A DNA stretch of 50,980 nucleotides, from positions 1 through 50,980 of the forward strand of contig JBDROZ010000036.1 of assembly GCA_043809585.1 (NCBI GenBank). Direction: 5' to 3'. The notes below the pieces were generated by a model, which did no database searches, had not been told where the DNA came from, and worked only from the letters and a program-made list of their open reading frames with translations. The DNA comes from Candidatus Eiseniibacteriota bacterium (GTDB taxonomy: Bacteria; Orphanbacterota; Orphanbacteria; Orphanbacterales; Orphanbacteraceae). Of the stretch, positions 32,910 to 42,634 are shown in pieces (positions within the stretch are counted from its first letter, which is position 1; each line of letters begins with the position of its first letter). A program made the position numbers and the translations under genes.

Positions 32910-34355
32910 TCACGAGGTGGCGGATTCGTGGCTCTCCTTCGCCTCCCCGCCGATTTCCCCCTCGGCGACGAGGTTGAGGAACGCGCTCACCACCTTCGGA
33001 TCGAACTGGCTGCCCGCCGCGGCGCGGATCACCCGGAGGGCGTATTCGTACGTGTCCGCCGGCCGGTAGGGGCGGGCCGAAACGATCGCGTCGTACGTGT
33101 CGGCGACGGCGATGACCCGGCTGATGAGGGGGATGTCCTTCCCCCGGAGCCCGTCGGGATATCCGGTCCCGTCCCACCGCTCGTGGTGATGCCTGATCCC
33201 CGGCAGGATCGACTCGAGCTGCTCGATCGGCTCGAGCATCTTGCAACCGGCCACGGGGTGGCTCTTGACTCTCTCGAACTCCTCCTCCGAGAGCCGGTCG
33301 GGTTTGTTCAGGATCTTCTCGTCGATGGAGATCTTCCCGATGTCGTGGAGGAGGGCCGCCCAGCTGAGGGACTGGACGTCGTCGGGCGGGAGACCGAGCC
33401 TCTCTCCGATGCGCACGGAGAGCATGAAGACCCGCTCCGAATGACCCCTGGTGTACTTGTCCTTCGCCTCGATGGCGTTCACGAGGCTTCGCACCACGTT
33501 GAAAAGGAGATGGCGAAGCTCCAGGCGGAGGTCCATGGTGGTAACGGTGGTCGAAATCTCCTTCGCCAGGCTCTCGAGAATGCGAATCTCCCCCGTCTCG
33601 ATCGGCCCCGTCCCATCGGCCGCGAAGATGCCCACGAAGCCGACCGTGTCGGAGCGCACCCAGATCGGGAGAACCATGTACGAGACCGAACCGGGCGGAG
33701 GCATCAAGGTCCCCCGGTGACGGGCGTCTTCCGGCGACTTCGCCCGTTCCACCTCCTGGCGAAGCTCCGACTGGATCCGCCGGAGCGCGGCCCGGTTCTC
33801 GGTCAGCCAGACGATGCTCGGAGGGGGCTCGTACCCGGGCTCGGTGCTCCACGTGAAGAAGTCCCGCTTCGGCAGATAGAGCACGAGGAGGCGCCGTTCC
33901 ACCAGTTCCCCCGCCTCTTGGAGAAGCCGCTTGGACGTCTCCGAGAACCCGCCGTCCGGACGGAGGACCCGGGTGAACCGGTAGAGAAGATTGATCTGGT
34001 CGTACGCGTCGGTGAGATCGTCGGTCATCTTCTCGAGGTCCCGCTCGAGGGCGTACCGGTTCCCGATCTCGCCGGCGAGTGATTCGAGGAGGGGCCGGAT
34101 TTCGCTCTCCCCCCCGGGGGCCACGAGACGGCCCACGGGGTCGCCGGAGAACCGGATCGGCGCGGCCAGGTCCGAAGTCCCGCCGCTTCCGGACTGCTCC
34201 CCCTCTTTCGCGGGGGAGACCTCGAGAATCACCTCCCCCTCCGGACCGAGGACGGCGAGGGCGGTCTTCGTCGCCTTCGAGAGGTGCTCCACCAAGTCCG
34301 CGCATTCGAGGCGGATGAACTCGGCGAACTCGTTCTCTTCCCGCTTCACCGTCAT
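32910..34355 (-). CDS. HD-GYP domain phosphodiesterase with N-terminal sensory (GAF-like) region
   Basis: AIEAKDKYTRGHSERV, LLHDIGK, HHERWDGTGYPDGL.G..IP, VADTYDA and RPYR. Start MTVKREE overlaps the response regulator stop. Confidence 0.9.
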   Translation of the reverse strand: MTVKREENEFAEFIRLECADLVEHLSKATKTALAVLGPEGEVILEVSPAKEGEQSGSGGTSDLAAPIRFSGDPVGRLVAPGGESEIRPLLESLAGEIGNRYALERDLEKMTDDLTDAYDQINLLYRFTRVLRPDGGFSETSKRLLQEAGELVERRLLVLYLPKRDFFTWSTEPGYEPPPSIVWLTENRAALRRIQSELRQEVERAKSPEDARHRGTLMPPPGSVSYMVLPIWVRSDTVGFVGIFAADGTGPIETGEIRILESLAKEISTTVTTMDLRLELRHLLFNVVRSLVNAIEAKDKYTRGHSERVFMLSVRIGERLGLPPDDVQSLSWAALLHDIGKISIDEKILNKPDRLSEEEFERVKSHPVAGCKMLEPIEQLESILPGIRHHHERWDGTGYPDGLRGKDIPLISRVIAVADTYDAIVSARPYRPADTYEYALRVIRAAAGSQFDPKVVSAFLNLVAEGEIGGEAKESHESATS

Positions 34356-34777
34356 GGGGTCCTCGTCGGCTCCCGATCCGGGCCTTCGGCGACGCCGGCC
34401 AAGAGGCGCTCTTTGACGAGCCGCAGGAGATTCCTCGGCCCGATCGGTTTCTCGATCACCCGAACCCCGGGAAGGGCGGACACCCACTCCCGCTCTTCCC
34501 GTTCCGTCCGGGAAGTGACGACGAATGTCACGTCGGGGATGTAAGGCCCGTGCTCGGCGATGTGCTCGCAGAGCTGCCGTCCCGTCATCTCGGGCATGTT
34601 GATATCCGTGACCATGACGTCGAACCGGCGGTCTTCGGCGGAGGCCCGCAAGGCCTCGAGCGCCAACAGGCCGTTCGGCATGGCGGTGACGTCGAAGCCC
34701 GCCTGGTCGAAGACCCGGGCGAGAACGCGCCGGACGCTCGAGTCGTCTTCCGAAATCAGAATCCGCGTTCCTTCCAT
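34352..34777 (-). CDS. Single-domain response regulator (CheY-like)
   Basis: ILISEDD, DVMVTDINMPEMTG, VTS and EKP. Confidence 0.9.
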   Translation of the reverse strand: MEGTRILISEDDSSVRRVLARVFDQAGFDVTAMPNGLLALEALRASAEDRRFDVMVTDINMPEMTGRQLCEHIAEHGPYIPDVTFVVTSRTEREEREWVSALPGVRVIEKPIGPRNLLRLVKERLLAGVAEGPDREPTRTP

Positions 34778-34802
34778 CCCCCACCCCCGGCTCGTTCGCG
34801 AG

Positions 34803-36674
34803 TCATGCGAGAACCTCGACCACGTCGGCCCGGGTTCCCGCTTCCCGGACCGGCAACCAGATGACGAACCGGCTCCCCTCGCCGACCGTGCTCTCCAGGG
34901 ACACCTTGCCGCCGTGCATCTCCACGATCTCCCGAACCAGCGCGAGACCGAGGCCGGTGCCCCCTTTCTCCTGAACCTCTTCCCGTCCGGATCGGTAGAA
35001 CCGCTCGAACACCCGAGCGTGTTCTTGCTCGGGAATCCCGATGCCCGTGTCCTCCACCGAGACGGCCACTCCCCCCCCCGCGGCCGACGCCTCGATCGAG
35101 ACGACCCCTCCGGGATTCGTGTATTTGACCGCGTTCGAAATCAAGTTGTTCACCGCCACGCCGAGGAGGTCCTTGTCCCCCAAGACGGCGGGCAGGTTCT
35201 CCGGCACGTTCACCCGGAGGCTCAGGCCCAGGCCCTCGGCGTGCCGTCGGAGCGAGTCGGCCTGGGACGCGACCAGGTTCCCCGTCTTGACGTGGGAGAA
35301 GTTCGCCGACAGGTTGCCGAGCTGGATCCGGGAAAGTTGGAGAAGATTCGAGATGAGTTGCGCCATCCGGCCCGTCTCGGCGTTTAGCGAATTGAAATAA
35401 TCCTTCCGCTCATCCGCGCCCAGGCCGTCGTTCTCGGCGAGTTCCTCCACGAACGTGATGACCGTGTTCAGGGGCGCCTTCAACTCGTGCGTCACCTGAG
35501 AGAGGAACTCGGCCTGGGCCTTCTGCGACGCTTCCTGGGCGGTCACGTCCCTCATCATGTAGAGGGTGCCCGCCGTGCGGCCGCTCGACTTGGTCAGGGG
35601 AGTCCGGGTGACGGCGATGATCCGCTCCGATCCGGCCACCGCCGCGGTCAGCAATGAGCGGCCCGCCTTGTCCGCTTCTCGGATCAATCGGGCCAGCTCG
35701 GCCGAATCCTGGAGACCGGATCCGTCATCGCCCTCTTTTTCCGGGATCCGGAGATATCGGGTCGCCTGCCGGTTCAGGTAGACCACTTCCTTCATGGTGT
35801 TGGTGACGAGCAGTCCGTCCGGGAAGCCCTCGAGGATCAGCTCCATCCGGCGCTTCTCGTAGCCGAGAAGCCGGTTCTTGATGACGAGACCGTCCTTCGT
35901 CTCCATGAGCGCATTGATCCGGGTGACCGTTTGATCGAGGTCTTCCTCCGGCTTGGAAGGGCTCTCCCCGAACGCCCCCTCCCCCCCTCCGGTCGATTCG
36001 AGGGTGACCGAGAGTTTCTCCAGGAACTCCGCGGCGGGCCGGACCGCCGCCCGGACCAGCATCTGGCCGAAGACGACGAACGCCAGCATCAGGATGACGG
36101 CGGGGAGCAGGTATCTCACCATTTCCGGACCGAAGAGGGCGCTCCGGGCGGCGGAGAGCTGTATGGCCACGGCCCCATGGAATCCCTCGGAACCGATCAA
36201 AGGATGGAGAAGCACCCGGCCGGAATGCCCGCCGAAGATCTCCCGGGCCGCTTTCGGGTCTTCGTCGGACGGGTTCACACCCAAGGTCGAGAGGCCGGTC
36301 GCGCGACCGATCATGGCCACGTCGGTGTGGGCGACGATGCGCCCCTCCCCGTCGAGAACGGCGGCCGAGGCGAGGTCCCCGACGCGGGTCGCCCCTTCGA
36401 GAATCCGGAGGAGCCGGGACGAGTCGTCGAAGGTGACGTTCGGGCCCGCCGCCTGGGCGAGCAACTCGGCCAGGGACCGTCCCCGAGCCGTCGCTTCCCG
36501 CTCCGCCTTGAGCGATTCCCCCCGCTGTATCAGCCCCGCCGTGGCGAGGGCGAGGGCGAGAAGCGCGCCCCCCTGAAGCAACATCCATTTACGGGGAAGA
36601 CCGAACGAGGGACGGCCCGTGTTCCGGCCGGATCCTCCCGTCCGCGGTTCTTCCGTCCCCATCTTCCGCGCCAT
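34803..36674 (-). CDS. Membrane sensor histidine kinase (2 TM, PAS-like, HisKA, HATPase)
   Basis: THELKAPL, NLISNAVKYT, DTGIGIP, FERFYR and GGTGLGL. Confidence 0.93.
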   Translation of the reverse strand: MARKMGTEEPRTGGSGRNTGRPSFGLPRKWMLLQGGALLALALATAGLIQRGESLKAEREATARGRSLAELLAQAAGPNVTFDDSSRLLRILEGATRVGDLASAAVLDGEGRIVAHTDVAMIGRATGLSTLGVNPSDEDPKAAREIFGGHSGRVLLHPLIGSEGFHGAVAIQLSAARSALFGPEMVRYLLPAVILMLAFVVFGQMLVRAAVRPAAEFLEKLSVTLESTGGGEGAFGESPSKPEEDLDQTVTRINALMETKDGLVIKNRLLGYEKRRMELILEGFPDGLLVTNTMKEVVYLNRQATRYLRIPEKEGDDGSGLQDSAELARLIREADKAGRSLLTAAVAGSERIIAVTRTPLTKSSGRTAGTLYMMRDVTAQEASQKAQAEFLSQVTHELKAPLNTVITFVEELAENDGLGADERKDYFNSLNAETGRMAQLISNLLQLSRIQLGNLSANFSHVKTGNLVASQADSLRRHAEGLGLSLRVNVPENLPAVLGDKDLLGVAVNNLISNAVKYTNPGGVVSIEASAAGGGVAVSVEDTGIGIPEQEHARVFERFYRSGREEVQEKGGTGLGLALVREIVEMHGGKVSLESTVGEGSRFVIWLPVREAGTRADVVEVLA

Positions 36675-36725
36675 GTCCCCTCCCAGGACAAATCGTTCAA
36701 GATGCGATCACTCTCCCCGCCTTCA

Positions 36726-36741
36726 CGCAAGTTGGATGCCA
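36726..36741 (-). promoter_or_regulatory. Sigma54 (-24/-12) promoter upstream of HK-RR-HD-GYP-STAS-pilB
   Basis: Minus strand TGGCAT-CCAAC-TTGCG with exact GG-N10-GC spacing, about 50 bp upstream of the HK ATG. Confidence 0.7.
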
Positions 36742-36984
36742 CGAAAGGAGTTCGGCGGCCCCGGCGAGACCTGATCGCGCAAGACACTTTCAATTAACGG
36801 GTTACAGTGCCTACTCGCGGCGGACCGGAGAGAGCACCCCTCCCGTCACCCACCGGCCGCCCCTCGAGACGGTTGCATCTTGCACGGGGGGTCGAAAAAT
36901 GCACAAGGTCGGAGTCGGAATCGGGGAACGTCTCCGCCATGATAGAATCGAGTGGAATCGGCCGGAGGCCGGGGGGGAGGGATC

Positions 36985-37975
36985 ATGGCAAGAGGGGGGG
37001 TTCTCGTCACCGGCGCGACCGGATTCGTCGGCTTCGCGCTCTGCCGCAGGCTGGCCGACGAGGGGGAAAGAGTCGTCGCCTTCGTGCGCGACCGGGATCG
37101 GGCGGAGCCATTGGAGCGGCTCGGCGTCGAGTGCCGGCGTGTCGACATCCGGCGTCCGGACGAGGTCATCGCCCGATTTCCCGCGGGGGTCGAAACCGTC
37201 TACCACATGGCGGCCGCTTTCCGGACCGAGCATGCCCGCCGGGAGGAGTTCCACGCGGTCAACGTGGAAGGAACCCGCCATCTCCTGGACGCGGCAAAGA
37301 CCCGCGGCGCCGGCCGCTTCGTCCACTGCTCCACCGTCGGCGTCCACGGGGCGATCGCCGACCCGCCGGCGGACGAAAACGCTCCGTTCCGTCCGGGCGA
37401 TCATTACCAGCGAACGAAGGCGGAGGGGGAGCGCGTCGTCCGGGAGCGCGCCGGCGGCGGCCTCCCCGCGGTGATCGTGAGGCCCGTCGGCGTCTACGGG
37501 CCGGGGGACACCCGCTTTCTGAAGCTCTTCCGCGGCATCGGGCGGGGCCGGTTCGTCATGATCGGATCGGGCCGCAATCGATACCACATGACTTACATCG
37601 ACGATCTGATCCGGGGGATCCTCCTCTGCGGCCGGGACAACCGGGCTCTCGGAGGGACTTTCATCGTCGCGGGGGGCGATTGCCCGACCGTCCGGGAGTT
37701 GGTCGACCGGATCGCCGCCGTGCTCGGCCGGCCGAAGCCCCGGCTCCGTGTTCCTTACGGGCCGGTCCTGGTCGCTTCCTTCTTCTGCGACCGCCTCTGC
37801 CGCGCCCTCCATCTCTCCCCCCCCCCTCTATCCGAGGAGGCTCCAGTTCTTCCGGGAGGAACGGGCATTCCGCATCGACAAGGCGAGGAAGACGCTCGGG
37901 TACCACCCGGAGATCGGCCTCGACGAGGGACTCCGCCGCACCTCGGCCTGGTACCGGGAAAAGGGGATGCTCTGA
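36985..37975 (+). pseudogene. NAD-dependent epimerase/dehydratase (SDR), frameshifted at a C10 tract
   Basis: VTGATGFVG, HCSTVGVHG and YQRTK. The conserved C-terminus (PPLYPRR..FF....FRIDKARKTLGY.P.I.LDEGLRRT..WY) lies in the +1 frame after C10 at 37817-37826; C9 would restore the frame. Confidence 0.8.
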
Positions 37976-38132
37976 GCCCGCCCGAGACCGCCATGTCGGC
38001 ATTGAGGCGGGGCTGCCGATACATATAATGAGACCACCGGCGGACGGGCGCGCGGGTGCGTCCGTTCCGTGACGGAAGGCGGCGGCGCCCGCGGCGGATG
38101 ATGTTCCGGACCGGGAGGAGCGGACGAGGGGC

Positions 38133-39266
38133 ATGTCGGACGCATCGACGAGAAAAAGTATCCTCTATCTCTCCCTTCACGACCCCCACGTCCCCCTCAC
38201 CGGAACGGGCACGCGGGTCGCCGCGTTCGTGGGCCGGCTCTCCCGTTTCTTCGATCTCGATCTCGTCGCGATGGCGGGATCGGGGCAGCCCCCCCTCCCC
38301 GAGGAGGGGGGCCGGCCCCGGCCGATCGGTCCCGTGCGGTCGGAGACCATCGTCCCGTTCCGCTCCACCGGTTACTTCATCTTCAGCCGCGAGTTTTTCC
38401 GGGAGGCGAAGAGGCTTCTCGATCGGAACCGGTACGACTTCATCGTCGCCGACTACGGGTTGACCGCCGTCTACGGCCTGCTCCTCGCGCGGCGCTCCGG
38501 AGTACCGCTCATCTACTCCTCCCACAACATCGAGCACCGGGCCTATCTCGACAAGGGCCGGAGCGACCCGCGGCGGCTCCTTCTCGCCCCCTACGTCTAC
38601 GGGGCCGAGCGGCGGGCCGTGGAACGGTCCGCGATTCTCGTCCCCATCACGGAAGAGGAAGCCGGCTTCTTCGCCCGATGGACCGACAGGTCGAAGATGA
38701 TCGTCGTTCCCCAGGGGTTCGACGACGAGATCTTCCATCCCCCCCCGAACGGGACCGGACCGCCGGCGCCGATCGTGCTCTTTTGCGGGAACTTCCGCAT
38801 CCCCTTCAACCGGGAGGCGGCCGCCGCCGCCCTCGAGCGCGTGGTCCCCGCCGTGGCGGAGAAGCGCCCGGACGTGCGCTTCCTTTTCGTCGGCGCCCAT
38901 CCTCCCAAACACGCGCCCCATCGGAACGTCGAGTTCCCCGGGTATCTCGACGACTACGCGGGCGAGCTCAGGGCCTCGGCCGTGGTGATCTCGCCCATGC
39001 TCCGTGGATGGGGCGCACCGACGAAGATCGTGGAGGCCCTCGCTTCGGGGAAGCCGGTCGTCTCCACCCCCGTCGGCGCCCGGAGCATCGAACGGGACTT
39101 CAAGCACCTCCGCGTTTGCGACCTGGACGAATTCCCGGCGGCGATCCTGGACGGTCTGGACCGGCGGCCGGAAGCGGATCCGGCCGAGTTCGAAAAGCTG
39201 AAGGAACGCTACGCGTGGGACCGGATTCTCGCGCCTCTCGTGGAACGGATGGAACGGTTCTCTTGA
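38133..39266 (+). CDS. Glycosyltransferase family 4
   Basis: SHNIEH, FCGNF...N and G.PTKIVEALASGKPVVST..GA. Confidence 0.88.
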   Translation: MSDASTRKSILYLSLHDPHVPLTGTGTRVAAFVGRLSRFFDLDLVAMAGSGQPPLPEEGGRPRPIGPVRSETIVPFRSTGYFIFSREFFREAKRLLDRNRYDFIVADYGLTAVYGLLLARRSGVPLIYSSHNIEHRAYLDKGRSDPRRLLLAPYVYGAERRAVERSAILVPITEEEAGFFARWTDRSKMIVVPQGFDDEIFHPPPNGTGPPAPIVLFCGNFRIPFNREAAAAALERVVPAVAEKRPDVRFLFVGAHPPKHAPHRNVEFPGYLDDYAGELRASAVVISPMLRGWGAPTKIVEALASGKPVVSTPVGARSIERDFKHLRVCDLDEFPAAILDGLDRRPEADPAEFEKLKERYAWDRILAPLVERMERFS

Positions 39267-39294
39267 ACGGCGCCCCTCTCCCGAGGTCGGTCGA

Positions 39295-40638
39295 ATGTTG
39301 AAAGGCCCCACCCTTCTGCTCTTTCTCGCCCTCCTCTTCCGGGTGAGCGGTTCGGCGGTCCGGACGGGACGGTTCTGGCTACCCCATCCGGGAGCGGGGT
39401 GGATCGCCGTCGCCGCCGGGGTCTGGCTCTATGCCGGCGCGGCCGGCGCTTGGGTCTCCCCGGTCGCGGCCCTCTTCGCGGGCATCGCGGCGGCCTTCGC
39501 GGACCCCGTGATCCGCCGCCCCCGGATTCGCTTCCTCTTCGACCCGGCGGTGGTCGTCATTCTCGGGCTTCTCTCCCTCCCGGCCTTCGGCCTCTCCCGG
39601 CTCGGCGCGGCGGCCCTCGTGGCGGCGGCGCTGGGATACGTCATCGACCGGGTCGTCGGCGGGGTGCCGCAGAAGGCGCGGTCGGCCGCCGCCGTTCTTC
39701 CCGCGGCCGCCTTGGTGCTTGCGGTCCTCTTCCGGCCCTGGCTGCCGGCGGCGATCTACGACCTCGTCGAGGAGCCGATGTTGGAGGGGCGGCTCGCCCG
39801 CATCACCCTCGCCTCGCCGGCGGAACCGCGGCGGGAGGTCCTGGACACGGGCGCCGTCGCCTGGATCGAGAAGAGCCCCGGCGCGGGAACGGGATACGGC
39901 GCCCTCTTCTTCCACGGGGCGAACCCCATGGGGGCGATGCAGCCGGCGGCGGAGGTCCTCCGCCGCGCTCTCCGCGCCGCCGGATACACGGTGCTCTCCC
40001 TCGACGCGGCCGGTTTCGGCGGGAGCCCCGCCCCGCCCGAGGGAGCCCCCCTCGCCGCGTGGGACCCGGAACCCCATGCCCTCTCCGCCCTCGCGAGACT
40101 CCGCGCCGAACCGGGAGTGGAGAAGGTGATCGTCGTCGGCCATTCCATGGGAGTGTATGAGGCGATCCGACTTTTCGACCATGCCCCGGAGATCGCGGGA
40201 GTGATCCTCTTCGGCGGCTCCCTGGGCGGGGGCGGGCTGACCGACTACTGGTACGAGCGGTTCCACCGAGACCGAAGACTCTCCTACCGCCTCCCCCGGG
40301 AGAGTGTGGAGGAGATCGGCCGGCGGTTCTCGGATATTCACGAACTCGTCGAGAAGATTCGGCCGGACCATCCGCCGGTCCTCTTCGTCCGGTTCGAGAA
40401 CGAGTTCGACGACATCCTGTCCGCCCGAAGCGCCCTCGAAGCGGCTTTTTCCGGCGAGATCGAAGCCTGGGACGTGAAAGATTCGAATCACTACTTCAAC
40501 GGACAGCGACGGCTCGATCTCGTCTCGGCGGACGCGGGGGTCGCCCGGGCCGTCGCCGCGAAGCTCCGCGAGTTTCGCATCGGGCGGGAAGCGGGCCCGG
40601 CCGATCTCGGGTCGGGAGAGAAGATTCCCGGAGAATGA
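39295..40638 (+). CDS. Membrane-anchored alpha/beta hydrolase
   Basis: Several N-terminal TM helices; FFHG, D..GFG.S, GHSMG nucleophile elbow and a C-terminal His (SNHY). Confidence 0.75.
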   Translation: MLKGPTLLLFLALLFRVSGSAVRTGRFWLPHPGAGWIAVAAGVWLYAGAAGAWVSPVAALFAGIAAAFADPVIRRPRIRFLFDPAVVVILGLLSLPAFGLSRLGAAALVAAALGYVIDRVVGGVPQKARSAAAVLPAAALVLAVLFRPWLPAAIYDLVEEPMLEGRLARITLASPAEPRREVLDTGAVAWIEKSPGAGTGYGALFFHGANPMGAMQPAAEVLRRALRAAGYTVLSLDAAGFGGSPAPPEGAPLAAWDPEPHALSALARLRAEPGVEKVIVVGHSMGVYEAIRLFDHAPEIAGVILFGGSLGGGGLTDYWYERFHRDRRLSYRLPRESVEEIGRRFSDIHELVEKIRPDHPPVLFVRFENEFDDILSARSALEAAFSGEIEAWDVKDSNHYFNGQRRLDLVSADAGVARAVAAKLREFRIGREAGPADLGSGEKIPGE

Positions 40639-41474
40639 GGGCGATGGAGCGACCGGTGTTCGAACACACTCTCGTGGACGGCCATGTCCACTTCCATCGC
40701 TGCTTCGATCCTGTCCGCTTTCTCGCGGGTGCCCGCGCTCATTTTCGGCGTGCCGCGAAGAGCCTCGGGCTGCCGGCGACGACGCCGGGCGTTCTCCTCC
40801 TCACCGAGAGCGAGGGGGAGGACGGGTTCAGTCTCCTCCGGGAGGTTCCGGCGGCGCTTCGGGACGGAGGATGGACCGTCGACGAAACGGGCGAGCCGGT
40901 CTCCCTCCGCGCTTGCCACCCGGGCGACGGGGACATTATGCTCGTCGCGGGAAGGCAGATCGCCTGCCGTGAGAGGATCGAGGTGCTCGCCCTCGGGCGG
41001 ACCGCGCCCTATCCGGACGGAGCGCCGGTCGAAAGAGTCCTCCGGGATATCACGGAGGGGGGCGACCCCGCCGTCCTGCCCTGGGGATTCGGCAAGTGGT
41101 GGGGCGGCCGGGGGCGAATCATGGAGGGCCTCCTCGAACGGGCGGACCCGAGGACGACATTTCTCGCCGACTCGGGCGTGCGCCTTCGCGGCACGCGGCG
41201 GCCCCGGCTCCTCCGGGAGGCCGAGAACCGGGGATTCCGGATCCTCGCGGGGAGCGACCCTCTCCCCTTCCGGGGTCAGGAGGGGGTGGCGGGACGGTAC
41301 GGGTTCCTCCTCCGCCGGCCTCTCGCCCCCGAGGCGCCGATGGCGTCGATCCGGAAGGCACTCTTCGAGGAACAGGAGTTCATGATCTGGGGGCGCCTGG
41401 CCGGGTGGGCCGAGTTCGTGCGAAGCCAGACCGCCATGCAGCTCCGGCGGCGCCGGGGCGGGGAGACGGGATGA
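40635..41474 (+). CDS. PHP-like metal-dependent hydrolase, hypothetical
   Basis: DGHVH, LTE, GRQI...E.IEVL, LPWGFGKW and GSDPLP. Confidence 0.65.
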   Translation: MRAMERPVFEHTLVDGHVHFHRCFDPVRFLAGARAHFRRAAKSLGLPATTPGVLLLTESEGEDGFSLLREVPAALRDGGWTVDETGEPVSLRACHPGDGDIMLVAGRQIACRERIEVLALGRTAPYPDGAPVERVLRDITEGGDPAVLPWGFGKWWGGRGRIMEGLLERADPRTTFLADSGVRLRGTRRPRLLREAENRGFRILAGSDPLPFRGQEGVAGRYGFLLRRPLAPEAPMASIRKALFEEQEFMIWGRLAGWAEFVRSQTAMQLRRRRGGETG

Positions 41475-42634
41475 GAGCCCTGGTGATCGCCCCCCAACCG
41501 TTCTTCACGGCCCGGGGCACGCCGTTCAGCGTCTACTACCGGACCCTCGCGCTCGCGGGGCAGGGAGTGGAGGCGGACATCCTCACCTATGGCGACGGCG
41601 AGGACGTGGACATCCCGGGCGTGGTGATCCACCGGATCCCGCGTTTCCCGTTTCTCGGGCCGGTGAAGATCGGCCCCTCCTTCCTGAAGCTCTTTCTCGA
41701 CGCCGTGCTCTTCGGCAAGCTTCTCTGGATGTTGCTCGGACGGCGCTACTCCTTCGTGCACGCCCACGAGGAGGGGGTGTTTCTCGCCCTCCTCCTGAAA
41801 CCGGTCTTCCGGTACAAGCTCGTCTACGACATGCATTCGAGCCTCCCCCAGCAGCTCGTCAACTTCCGGTTCACCGGCTTCCGGCCGCTCATCGGCTTGT
41901 TCGAACGGCTCGAAAAGCTCAGCCTCCGCCATGCGGACGCGGTGATCGTCGTCTGTCCCGACCTCGTCGACATCGCCCGCCGGGAAGGGGTGGAGGACTC
42001 GAAGCTCTTTCTCATCGAGAACTCGATTTACGATGAAGTGAACCTCGCCTCGAACGCGGGCGCCGGCGCCGGACTCCCCGAACTCCCCGCGAAACGGCCG
42101 CTCGTGATGTACGTAGGGACCTTCGAGGCGTATCAGGGCATCGACCTCCTCCTCCGGTCGTTCGGGAAAGTCGTCGAGACCATTCCCGGCGCCCATCTCG
42201 TTCTCGTGGGCGGCACGCCCGACCAGGTGAGCGGCGCGGCCGCCATGGCGGCCGGCCTCGGCCTGGACGGCCGGGTGTCGGTCCACGAGCGCGTCCCCCA
42301 GCGAACCGCCCACAAACTCCTCGAGTCGGCGGACCTCCTCGTCTCCCCCCGGGTGAGCGGCACGAACACCCCCCTCAAGGTCTACGAGATTCTCGGCCGG
42401 GGCATTCCGCTCGTGGCGACCCGCATCCTCTCCCACACCCAGGTCCTCCGCGACGACGTCTGCGTTCTCGTCGACCCGACGCCCGAGGCGATCTCCGACG
42501 GCATCGTGGCGCTGCTCCGGGATCCGGAGAGGAGGGAGCGCCTCTCCGCGGCGGGCCGCGAACTCTACCGCGCCCGCTACTCCCGAGAAGCGTACGACGA
42601 GAAGACGAGGGCCCTGCTCCGAGTGATCTCCTGA
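41471..42634 (+). CDS. Glycosyltransferase family 4
   Basis: APQPFF..RGTP, HAHEE, YDMHSSLP, YVGTFEAYQG and GTNTPLKVYE...GIPLVAT. Confidence 0.9.
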   Translation: MRALVIAPQPFFTARGTPFSVYYRTLALAGQGVEADILTYGDGEDVDIPGVVIHRIPRFPFLGPVKIGPSFLKLFLDAVLFGKLLWMLLGRRYSFVHAHEEGVFLALLLKPVFRYKLVYDMHSSLPQQLVNFRFTGFRPLIGLFERLEKLSLRHADAVIVVCPDLVDIARREGVEDSKLFLIENSIYDEVNLASNAGAGAGLPELPAKRPLVMYVGTFEAYQGIDLLLRSFGKVVETIPGAHLVLVGGTPDQVSGAAAMAAGLGLDGRVSVHERVPQRTAHKLLESADLLVSPRVSGTNTPLKVYEILGRGIPLVATRILSHTQVLRDDVCVLVDPTPEAISDGIVALLRDPERRERLSAAGRELYRARYSREAYDEKTRALLRVIS

